Below are positions 52,946 through 64,000 of a stretch of DNA of 64,000 bases, piece after piece. Position numbers and translations under genes: made by a program. The notes under the pieces were generated by a model. It saw only the letters and a program-made list of their open reading frames with translations, did not search any database and was not told where the DNA came from. The stretch's first letter is position 1; each line of letters opens with the position of its first letter. The stretch is from assembly GCA_013239625.1 (NCBI GenBank), contig MU054049.1, forward strand, positions 1,987,892-2,051,891, written 5' to 3'. The DNA comes from Lama guanicoe. Lineage: Eukaryota.

Positions 52946-54521
52946 AATAATGAAACAAACAGACTTTGTAGTATTATGAATCATACTATATGGTGAATTT
53001 AGATCACTCAGTGCTTTATTAGATGGTGAACTACTGCAGTCTAGTGCTAAAGCCATGATTACTCTATACTTTAAGTACTTAGTACCCAGCTGTGCACTGT
53101 TTGGGTTCTTGACAAATATTCATCAATTTATCAATATTATTCATTTTCTAATATATGCAAAAATGATTTAAAATTTTTTTTGCATGTAAGAACAGTATTA
53201 CCACTTTGTAACATAAAATAGTTCAATTAAGTAGTCAAAGAATTCACCATTGCTTAGTTGTTGAGAACCAGCACCGTGGAACCACTTGGTCTGGATTCCA
53301 GCCCTGGGTTTCCTATTTGTGAGCTGTGTGACCTTGAGCAAGTTATTCACCTTCTCTGTGCCTCAGTTTCTGCACCTTTAAGTGGGGAGTAGCACCGACA
53401 AACCCAAATTTGGTAGAATGGGGACATTCTACAAAATGACTGGCCAGTACTTTCCAAAGGTATCAACGTGATGAATGGTAAAAAAAAAAAGAGAGAAAGA
53501 AAGAAAGAAAGAAAAAAAAAAAAGACTGAGGAACCGTCCCAGGTTAAAGGAGATCAAAGACGCCCAACAACTTAATGCAATGTGAGATCTTAGATGGGAT
53601 GCTGGAGCATTAGAGGGACAAGTAATAATTGGGTATATGAATAAACCAGCCCTCTCCTCCCCGCTGGAGCGAGAAAATTCAGAAGAGTGTGCTTTGCAGC
53701 ATTTTCCAGATTCCCTGTGGGAGTAGGCTCCAGTCACCCACTGTGATAGCTTGATTCTTAACACGCCTTTTATTGGCTGTTGCCTTCCTTGCCCTGTCTC
53801 CCTTCCTCCCTCCCTGCCCAGTGTTCACTCTCCCTCCTCAATAAACTACCTGCACCAGAGTCCTTGTTTCAGTGTCAGCTCCCAAGAGAACTGAAACTAG
53901 GACGTTCCATCCCATTGATACTAAGCACAAAAATAGCTACAATTAGTCTATGCTATTAGAAGTCTGGGTGGAGCCGGATGGGGACAGGAGAGGGGCTCCT
54001 GGGGTGTGGGTCATGTTCTGTTTCTTAATCTGAGTCCTGGTTATATGGCCATGCTCCAGTTGTGGAAACTAATTCAGCTGTGCAGCTACAATATGTGCTC
54101 TTTTCTGTAGGTACGTTATAATCCAATAAACGTTTTTTTAAAAAAAGAATTCTGTTACTTTTGGCAGAGTGTGTGCGTGTCTTTTTTGTTTTTAAAGTGA
54201 GGGAATGATAAAAATTCTTTCTCACTGACTTGGCAATGAAAACAGATATAATACATTTATATTAATTGAAACAACAAATCATTTGTATAGTCTGTTTTCC
54301 TGATTCATATGTCATCAGAAACTGAGAAGAAACGAAAACTAAATAGATGAGAATGTGGGCCAGATGGCAAAGGAGAAGACAAGAAAAAGAGAAGAAGATA
54401 GCACTGTATTCACAGATCAAGAAAGAAAGAAAAGGAAGCGAGAGACCACAACAAAAGAGAGAGATATAGAAACACAGGTGTTTTTATCTCCATAGTGTCA
54501 GATGGGTTATAAAGTTTCTTC

Positions 54522-54950
54522 TCCAGAAAGACAAATATCATATGATATCACTTAAATGTGGAATATAAAAACAAAACCAAAACCGAACAAACCCTCCCCC
54601 TCAAATTGAGCTCACAGATGCAAAGAACAGATTGGTGGCTGCCAGAGGCGAGGGTGGGGGGTATGAGAAATGGGTGAAGGAAGTCAAAAGGTATAGACTT
54701 CCAGTTATAAAGTAACTAAGTCACAGGGACGTATGTACAGCATGGTGACAATAATCAAAGTGTTTATTTTATATTTGAGAGTTACTGAGAGGGTAAATCT
54801 TGAAAGTTCTCATCACAAGGAAAAAAATTGTTAACTATGTATGATGATGGATGTTAAGTTGACCGACTGTGGCGATCATTTTGCAATATTCATTATGTTG
54901 TACACCTGAAATGAATATAATGTTATATGTCTATTATATCTCAAAAAAAT
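54522..54950 (+). mobile_element. L1 3' end
   Basis: cagaaagacaaatatcatatgatatcactt...gtacacctgaaatgaatataatgttatatgtc. Confidence 0.88.
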
Positions 54951-57900
54951 TTTAAAGACTCCCCTCCAAAGCTTAGAAGAACAGACATTGATAAATGACC
55001 TCTATTTCTCACATCCAACAAAGAAAAAATTTTTAAATCTTTTTCTTATATTAAAAAAAATTTTTTTAATTGAAGAAAACTGCTGAGTCAGGCCCAGTTT
55101 ACAAAAGAATTAATTCTCTTTTCAAAGTATCATGTTACCATCTTGTGGCCTTTCGCCAAAGTACTCCAGATTTACAGCCACAGCGGAGCGGATATCTCTC
55201 ATCAGGCATCCACCCTGTGGTTCAAGCATTAAACTCAGGCCTCAGAGGACAGAGTCTCTATTCTTGTGCAGATTGTAATGAGATATAAGCAGGGAGTTAT
55301 CTGAACCAGCTCTGTGAATTTTACTTCAGGTTGGACTGAGCAACAATATTCACATGAGAAACAAGCAGATTATCCTGAGATTTAGAATCGTCACTTACTC
55401 CTATTAGGTCTTCCGGATGGATATTAATGCTCCTTTTTTTTAAAACAGGAGATTCCAAATTGATTTATTATAAATTCAACAGAATTATTTAGTGCACCGG
55501 CACTGAAACATATTGCAACACACTGTAAAACAAGTTCAAATGTCATAGCATGTGCACACATGTGTGCACACACACGCATACACGCACACCTGCATGCCTA
55601 CTCTGAGCCCAGGTCTGCTATTCTCTACTCTCCTGAGTAAAGAACAAAACTTTTGCTGAGATTTTTTTTTTAAGTGTAATGTAGGGATTTAAGATGATGC
55701 AATAAAAATAGTTTGAAAGTCACTCCCCCCCATGCTGTATCCTTATAAATGATAGAACAGATACAGGAAATAAATTAGTGACTTTATGCGTGGGCCTAAA
55801 ATCATGAAAGGGGAGTGCTGGAAAAGACAGAAACAAGCAATGAACCCTCAAAAGAAAGAAACTGTTAAAAATCCATAAGAATAGCCAAAGCCACAGGTAA
55901 CCTACACCTACACAGTTTACACCCACATAGGAATTCTGCTCAATCACAAGTCAAGTGGGAGAATCCTCAACCAGAAAATTAGTGCCCAATCAAGATGTGC
56001 CAGTGACTAGGGAATGCCATTACCGTGAGAGATAAACTGAGCAAATGGAAGATCTTACATATGATCAACAGATCAGTTAAAACAAGTTCATGCAATAATC
56101 TTCAGTACATAAAGCAAAAGAAAAGCAAAGAATTTTGAAAAAGAAACGGTTAGAGAATTTGAAACTTAAATCCCAAATTGTTGACTAGAAAATCCTCAAA
56201 AGATAGTCTGAAAAACAGAATGGACACACTGAAGTGTGAATTCACAAGCTGGGGATGAAGTTGAGAGGGTCTCACAGAGTCGTACAAAGAAAAAAAGAAG
56301 ATGCAAAAGTTAAGAAATACACAGCCTGGTAAAGAGGTGTTAGCTTTCATCTAGGAATTTCAGAGAGAGAGAACAGAGAGAAAGGAGAAGGTAGTGTTTC
56401 ATGAACGGGTAAGCATTCCTCAGGAGGGAAGAAAGCTATCAAACTAAAGAAAAAAAAATGCTAGAAGTTTCCATAGCAGAAATAGAGTTTAATGAAATAA
56501 GAATCAGATTTTCACTGTAAATTTCATTAGCAATACTATATATAAGAAGATGATGAGGCAATGTCTTCAAAGAGCTATTGGAAAATAACTGTCATTTTAG
56601 AATGCTACCCCAGCTACAGTATCAGTTAAAAACATAAGTGAAACAAAGGCACATTTTAAGCATTCAGCATTTAAGAACATTTAGCACCAACAGCTTCTCA
56701 CTGAAAGAACTGCTAAAGATATACACCTACATAGGAAACAAATTGAAGGAATCCAGAGGAAAAAGCAGTATGAAAAAAAGTAATCTTATTCAAGTCATCA
56801 GCCAATCCTACCGCTTAAGACTAAGTTAGTATTGCCCAAAATGTTTAAACCAACAATTTAGAACTAGAATTCTGGATGATTATCAACAGGGAAATTGGGG
56901 AAAAGGGAAACAGCAGAAGGAAGAGAAAATGTCTTTTCCTGTTTGGGATGAGTAAATACAAACTGATTTGCCTTTATTTATTTATTTTTTGCACGTTAAG
57001 TGTTATTAAGTATCAAATACAAAAATTTCCAAAGAGAGAAAAGCCATCTATTACATCTGACTTCTATATTCAGCTACCAGTTAAGCAAGGAAAACATGTC
57101 ATTCTATTTCTTTTACAGCCACATGTAGAAAACCTTTTGATTTTGCTAGGCAAGGAGAACTTTATGTGTGGATATGAAAAATCAAGAGTAACCAATCGAA
57201 AAATAGAATGATTTTCAAACCAGGAGGGGAAAAAAGATGGAACAAAGAAAACTGAATCAACCCAACAGAAATCAGCACTGGGGAGAAAAAAAGAAACAAA
57301 AGGAGGCTACAGGAAATAGAAAACCCAAAGTAACACAATAAGAATAAATCCAAATAAATGATTGATTATAATAACTGTGCAACAGGAAACAATATTTAAG
57401 TGAATAAAAAATGGGAGATTCATGTGAAAACAGCATTCAAGGAAAATTAAAATTGCCAATAAACCAAAGGAAAAATGTTCAATTTCATCTGTTATCAAAG
57501 AAATACAAGTAATTGGCACTGAGATGAATTTTTACTGATCAGACTGGCAAATATTTTAAATTTTCATAATAGCCCGTGTAAGTAGGAAGTTGAGCAGTTA
57601 CCCTTATAGCCCACCATTGGGAGTGTATCTTGGCATAGGCAATTCAGAAAGCAATTTAACATATCCATTAAACCCAAAACATTTGCATATGGGTACAAGG
57701 AAGTATGGTCAAGGATATTCTAGCAGCATGGCTTGTACCAGTGAGATTGGAAATAATCTAAATGTCCATCAATGGGAGAAAGACTAAATAAACCACAGCA
57801 TACCCATACTGAAGAATACTTTGCAGTAAATAAAAAGAAAAATTTAGATTCCTTTGTGATAATATGGATAGGCATATTATGAAGATTTTAAAATTTGCAG

Positions 57901-58085
57901 AAGGGATCTAGTAAAAGCTGTTTATGACAAATCCAAAGCCAGCATAATACCTGATGGGGAAAAATTGAAAGCTTTCCTGCTAAAATCTGGAACAAGACAA
58001 GGATGCTCACTCTCACCATTATTTGACATAGTGTTGAAAGTCCTAACCATAGCAATCAGACAAGAAAAAGAAATAAAAGGTATCA

Positions 58086-58162
58086 GGGGAGGGTAGAGCT
58101 CAGGTGGTAGATCACATACTAAGTATGCACAAGGTCCTGGGTTCAGTCCCCAGAACCTCCTC

Positions 58163-58207
<45 letters not shown>

Positions 58208-58238
58208 AAATTTAAAACCGTTAACCATAAAAAAATTA
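58086..58238 (+). mobile_element. Camelid tRNA-derived SINE with expanded (AAAT)n, inserted in L1
   Basis: ggggagggtagagctcaggtggtag...gggttcagtccccag; flanked by duplicated aaagaaataaaa. Confidence 0.9.
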
Positions 58239-59319
58239 AAAGAAATAAAAAGGATCCAAACTGGAAGAGAAGAAGTAAAATCATCACTATATGCAGATGA
58301 CATGATACCATATATAGAAAACCTTAAAGACTCCACACAAAAACTGCTAGAGCTGATAAATTCAGCAAGGTAGCAGGACACAAGATTAACATACAGAAAT
58401 CTGTTGCATTTCTTTACAATAACAATGAAATTTCAGAAAAAGAAAATACGAAAACAACCCCTTTTAAAATTGCATCAAAAAATAAAATAAAATACTTAGG
58501 AATAAACCTGACTAAGGAGGTGAGAGGCTTATATGTAGAGAACTATTAAAGACTGATTAAGGAAATTAAAGATGATTTAAATAAATGAATGATATCCCAT
58601 GCTCTTGGATTGGAAGAATTAATATTGTTAAAATAGCCATACTGCCCAAGGCAATCTACAGATTTAATGCAATCCCTATCAAATTACCCAGGACATTTCT
58701 CACAGAACTAGAACAAATAATCCTAAAATTTATATGGAATCACAAAAGACCCAGAATTGCCAAAGCAATACAGAAGAAAAAGAATGAAGTTGGAGGAATA
58801 ACTCTCTCAGACTTCAGACAATACTACAGTAATCAAGACAGCATGGTATTGGCACAAAAACAGACATATGGATCAATGGAACAGAATAGAAAGTCCAGAA
58901 ATAAACCCACACATCTACTGTCAATTAATCTTTGACAAAGGAGGCAAGAATATACACAATGGAGAAAAGATAATCACTTCAGCAAGTGGTGTTGGGAAAG
59001 CTGGACAGCTGCATGTAAATCAATGAAGTTAGAACACTCCATCACACCATACACAAAAATAAACTCAAAATGGCTTAATGACTTAAACATAAGACAAAAC
59101 ACTATAAACCTCCTAGGAGAAAACATAGGCAAAACATTCTCTGACAAAAATCTTAGCCATGTTCTCCTAGGGCAGTCTACCCAGGCAATGGAAATAAAAG
59201 CAAAAATAAACAATTGGGACCTAATTAAACTTATAAGCATTTGCACAGCAAAGGAAACTATAAACAAAATGAAAAGATAGCCTATGGAATGGGAGAAGAT
59301 ATTTGCCAATGATGCAACT

Positions 59320-60243
59320 TGTGGGAGCGCAAACTTGGGTTAACAAATTTTGATACTGCAATGATTGCTTTTACCAAATCATATTGTCACCTTTATGTAT
59401 TCTCACTTTTATGTAAGCACATAAGAAATGTATAATCAAAATCAAAGCTTTCTCTGTTTGTCTTTATACTGCTACTTCAAAGCAAAATGTCTAAAAGCAC
59501 AAAAGGCTGATCTCTCAATACCAGTCACCACCTTATCTATGGAATTTAACTTAGTTGCCTTAAAGCTGCTTTGCTAGCAGGAATCTGCTACAATTTGTCT
59601 CCTTGCAGAGACATGCTTTGCTTGCTTTGCTTAGTTCAAGGTCATAGGTTCAGGGCTGCTTGTGCTTACGGGAAAACGATAATTCATCCCTCGCCCTAAC
59701 CGGCAGGACATGCTTCGCTTATCAGGTGTAGGTGGATACAGTGGGCAGCTGACACTCACAGAAGACTGTGACTTAGCCCTTAGCTGGGAACAGCTGGGCT
59801 GCTTCGCATACTTAGACAATTTTTGATCATTGTATGGAGGCTCTGTGGTGGTCTGATTTTCATAATCAATTTTTGGAACACTGTAACCTTGCTGATGACT
59901 GAGGTTTAAAATAACCGTTTGTATTATCAACTGTGTACTCCCTGGCTCCTAAAATATTGTAACCTTCTCTCTAAGTATAAATTAAGATTATAATGTTTCT
60001 GTTTTTCACGAACTGAAACTGCTGAGCTGAATCCCTGTACATATACCATGCCCCTTACTCATTCTTATGACATGTTTTACTTTGATTCTTTGATTATTGC
60101 CAATAAATACAAGAGCTTTGGAGGAGCTCGGGGAGTTGGTCTCTGGCTCCCTCTCACTCCTTGACTTGACAAAGTCTTTAGTCATTTCATTCTTCCACGG
60201 TTAGACTTTTGCTGGACAAAACTCACAACGAACAGAACCCACA
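59320..60243 (+). mobile_element. 924-bp solo LTR, probably ERV2/betaretrovirus-like, inserted in L1
   Basis: Perfect terminal inverted repeats tgtggg...cccaca; 6-bp TSD gcaact/gtgact; L1 sequence is continuous across it. Confidence 0.85.
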
Positions 60244-62984
60244 GTGACTGACAAGGGCTTGATTTCCAGAATATATAAGCAACTCACACAACTCAATAAG
60301 AAAAAAACAAACAGCCCAATCCAAAAATGGGCAGGTCTATACAAATATTTCTCCAATGAAGACATACAAATAGCCAATAGGCACAGGGAAAAAAATGCTC
60401 AATATCACTAATTATCAGAGAAATGCAAATCAAAACTACAATGAGGTGTCACCTCACACCATTCAGGATGGCCATCATTAAAATGTCCACAAAAGATAAA
60501 TGCTGGAGAGGTTGTGGAGAAAAAGGAACCCTCCTACACTGCTGGTGGGAATGTAGTTTGGTGAAGCCATTATGAAAAACAGTATGGAGATTCCTTAAAA
60601 AACTAAAAATAGACTTACCATATGATCCAGCAATCCCACTCCTGGGCACATATCCGGAAGGAACTCTAATTTGGAAAGATACACGTACCCCAATATTCAC
60701 AGCAGCACTATTTACAATAGCCAAGACATGGAAGCAACCTAAACGTCCATTAACAGATGATTGTATAAAGAAGTTGTGGTACATATAATGAAATATTACT
60801 CAGTCATAAAAAAGAATGAAGTAATGCCATTTGCATCAACATGGATGGATCTAGAGATTAGCATACTAAGTGAAGTAAGTCAAAGACAAATACCATACAA
60901 TATCACTTACATGTGGAATCTTAAAAAAATGATACAAATGAAGTTATTTACAAACCGGAAACAGACTCACAGACAGAGAAAACAAACTTATGGTTACCGG
61001 GCAGTGGGGGGAGTGATAAACTGGGGATCTGGGATTTGCAGATACTAACTACTATGTATAAAATAGATAAACAACAAGGTCCTACTGTATAGCACAAGGA
61101 ACTATATACAGTACCTTGTAATAATCTATAATGAAAAAGACTATGAAGAAGAATATAAATATATGTATAACTGAATCACTATGCTATACACCAGAAATGA
61201 ACACAACATTGTAAAGCAGCTGTACTTCAATTAAAAAATTGCAGAATGAAAAGTACAGAATCAGTTTATATGTGTAAAACCACATAAATAAATAAATACT
61301 GTGGGTATACATATATATATTAATGGGTATATTTATATCTATATGCATTTATGGACAGACATATGTGCATAAACACCTAGAAAAAAATCTGAAAGGTTAA
61401 ACATCAGACTTATTGTTAAGATCGCCTCCAAGGAGATGAGACGAAATGAAGCATGGAGTGGGTAGTGTGTGCTGGCTTGCGGGGAGAGTTTAGGGCGGGA
61501 TTAACTCTTATTTGTAAAGTCTGATTTTATTTTCAAAGAAATTATTCGTATATTATTTGTTGAGTGAGTCCTATTACAGTTCTTTTTCCTCTGGATGTGC
61601 TTGCCTTTGCCCAGAGGGCAGATCTGCTAATCTAGACAAGCTAGGCATTCAGGGAATGGGCTGCGTAGGCACAAATGGTTTACCAGCCCTTGCACAATAG
61701 GATGTATGACCTCTCCCTCCTTTCCACCCCACAGTACTCACCAGGTGCTGGCATCTTAAGGAAGGAAAGGGGTCCGTCATATCTGGCTGTGGACTAAGGA
61801 TGCCAGCCCTCGCTCTTGAATAACTAGGCTCGTAGTACCCTGCTAAGCAAGGCTGTGTGTGTGTGTGTGTGTGCTGGAAAGTTATCTTTTATGTAAGTAG
61901 GCTGGAAAAATTATACTTCAGATACGGTTTCAGGGACACAATGAACCCTACAATTTCTAAACTATGAAAGCTTTTCCATGACCTCCCTTGAGCTATCAAC
62001 TTTCTAAGCTCTCATGTGTAACATTAAGAAAAAGAGGAACCTTCTCCACTTTGGCAATGAAAAGTTGGAAACACAGCCAGGACAACGCATTATGCCAATT
62101 TCTCCTAATTAATCTCAAGTTTATACATTCTGCTATTTAAAAAAAATCTCCCTTATTTCAAATCAACTGCTTATAAATCTTTCTGTTTGGCAAACTGGGA
62201 AAATAAAATTAGAACTCTTCTAAAATGATGTTGTTATAAAAGTAAAATGCTTATAACAACATAAAAAATTCTTTCTGATTATCTGAATTCCACACTGCAA
62301 AGTCCAATGTGTTTCCTTTCTTTTCTCTCTCTTAACCCCACAGTCCTCAGAGCTTTCTCCAACTTCTGAACCCCTAGCTGTAAATTATAATCTGTAGGAT
62401 CCATTTGGAATTACAATACTGAGTTCTTATAGCATTGACTATTTTATTTACCATGGGTTCTTTCTTTCTATTTCTTTCTCTCCTTTGAAGCTCCTAATGC
62501 AATGGACTGATTAGTCACTCGATTGACTAGAACCTAGAAGTAGCTGGTACATGATCCTCACTAATGCTTGGTTCTTTGAGGTGGCACTGGCTCAGTGTCC
62601 TCTTCCCTGTAGTCCATTTGCCCAGGATGCTGCAAAAAAATTGTGGGGAGTCCTGCTAGGTCTGGGCCTCCCTAAAGCCAGCAGTCCAAGAGAGGACTAC
62701 TTCAGTTTCTGACCCTAAGCACTTTTCTTCCAGTACCACTCAGGCGGTTTGGCCCAAATACACCTCACTCCCACCAAGGATCTATTCATAATTTGTGGAG
62801 CCCAGTTCCCTGACTCCATGGGGGCCTCCAAAAGCAAGCCCTGGCCTCTATCCCCTATGACAGTCAGCTCTTTCTTAGTCACTTTCCATATGACCCAGAG
62901 ACACACTGGCTGTCAAAGATGGCACTATGGAGCTGAACTATTCACCAGGAAACTCTTAGCTTGATTCTTTACCCGTTTCAGAAG

Positions 62985-63112
62985 CCTGGGCATCACCTGG
63001 GAGCCTGTTAGAAATGCAGCACCTCAGGCCCATCTCAGATCTATTCATTTAGAATCCGCATTTTTCCCAAGATCCTTGGGAGCTACCTGGGCTCATTAAA
63101 GTTTGAGTAGCT
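62985..63112. mobile_element. MER5-type DNA transposon fossil
   Basis: gcatcacctgggagcctgttagaaatgcag...ttaaagtttgag. Confidence 0.75.
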
Positions 63113-64000
63113 CAGATTAGAGCTCTGGGCCTTAGATCTCCCTGGATACAGTTGACCTCACAAACACTCTGGCATGAAACTCCTCTGGGATTCTCACTGG
63201 TTGACAGTTTTCATCATGTAAAGGTTGCTAGAGGATGACCAGGAAAGGGACAAGAAATCATGGAGCTGAATGAGATGATTTCTAAGGCACCTACTAGGAC
63301 TGTGTGTGCTTCTGAAATGGAAGCAGAGGTGAACTATGACAACAAACAAATCTTGAGTGTGTTGAAAGGAGGTGGTAGAGGTGAGAGTGGTGGGTCTGTG
63401 AAGCTTTATTTATCTGGATTTATCTCTCTTCTCTGCTACTCACAGATTAGGCCATCTTCATGAAGATTAAATGAAATATATCTTGTAAAATGCTGAACGC
63501 ACTGTCTGTTTAATTTTTTATTCAACTACTCTCTTATGTATAGTGTCACTGCCTTTCAGCCAGATACCACCAGGAGCATACTTGCAGTTGAGCAAGTTAA
63601 GTTTATTTATCATTGCATCCAGGGAGAAGGCACACTATAGAAGCCATGGGGGTATCTCAAGAAGAGGGCGTTGGAAAGGAATTACTGTAGGATTTGGATT
63701 TGTGTTAGGTGGTTTGGCATTGAATATCCTTAGAGATGTATTTTCCACATTGTTGGAAGTACATCTTCTAGGTAAATTCCTTGAATTGGGATTGCTGGGT
63801 CAAAAAGTACAGATACAGTTTTGCTGGATACTGTTGGATACTGCCAAGGTGTCCTTCAAAAGAATGATCTTCTCTTTGGGTTGCATTCCCATCAATAAAG
63901 TATGAGAATGTCTTTCTCCAACAGTTTTCTTTACAGGATGTGCTGTCACACTTTAAAAATTTTGCCACTCAGATAGGTGAGAAATAATATGTGTGCTCTT

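Larger units (their letters stand above)
57920..61238 (+). mobile_element. 5'-truncated L1 (ORF2 3' half plus 3'UTR) containing a nested SINE and an LTR
   Basis: ORF2 pieces [32 protein letters not shown] and [10 protein letters not shown], with stops and frameshifts; ends tacttcaattaaaaaa. Confidence 0.95.

Noticed and set aside
58585..59309. L1 ORF2 ORFs as functional genes
   Set aside because: Fragmented by stops, frameshifts and nested insertions; the element is 5'-truncated.
61730..61860. Possible first exon of a minus-strand lncRNA (CACCTG|gtgagt at ~61740)
   Set aside because: A single donor-like motif with no promoter or downstream exon evidence.

Overview
Mammalian (eukaryotic) genomic DNA, very probably a camelid, judged from the many copies of a tRNA-Ala-derived vic-1-type SINE. 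On the minus strand it holds the complete 4-exon MSMB gene (beta-microseminoprotein/PSP94; ATG at 24684, stop at 16001, 111 aa). About 2 kb downstream is the 5' part of NCOA4: two CpG-island promoters with candidate non-coding first exons (~13.6 kb and ~6.2 kb) and coding exon 2 at 292-446, with the gene running off the left edge. The 39 kb upstream of MSMB is repeat-rich intergenic DNA (L1, L2, MIR, MER5, MaLR, ERV1 and ERV2 LTRs). The most striking element is a full-length processed copy of DDT (D-dopachrome tautomerase/MIF-2) with an uninterrupted ORF, poly(A) tail and perfect 13-bp target-site duplication (TSD). It is inserted in sense orientation about 30 bp downstream of the TATA-like box of a solo LTR and just upstream of that LTR's AATAAA, so it looks like a ready-made expression cassette. 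MSMB exon 2 is also in frame with NCOA4 exon 2, and NCOA4 exon 2 has an extra in-frame upstream ATG. Most ORFs in the supplied track are spurious. Repeat family names and comparisons with human or other orthologues come from recall, not from database searches.
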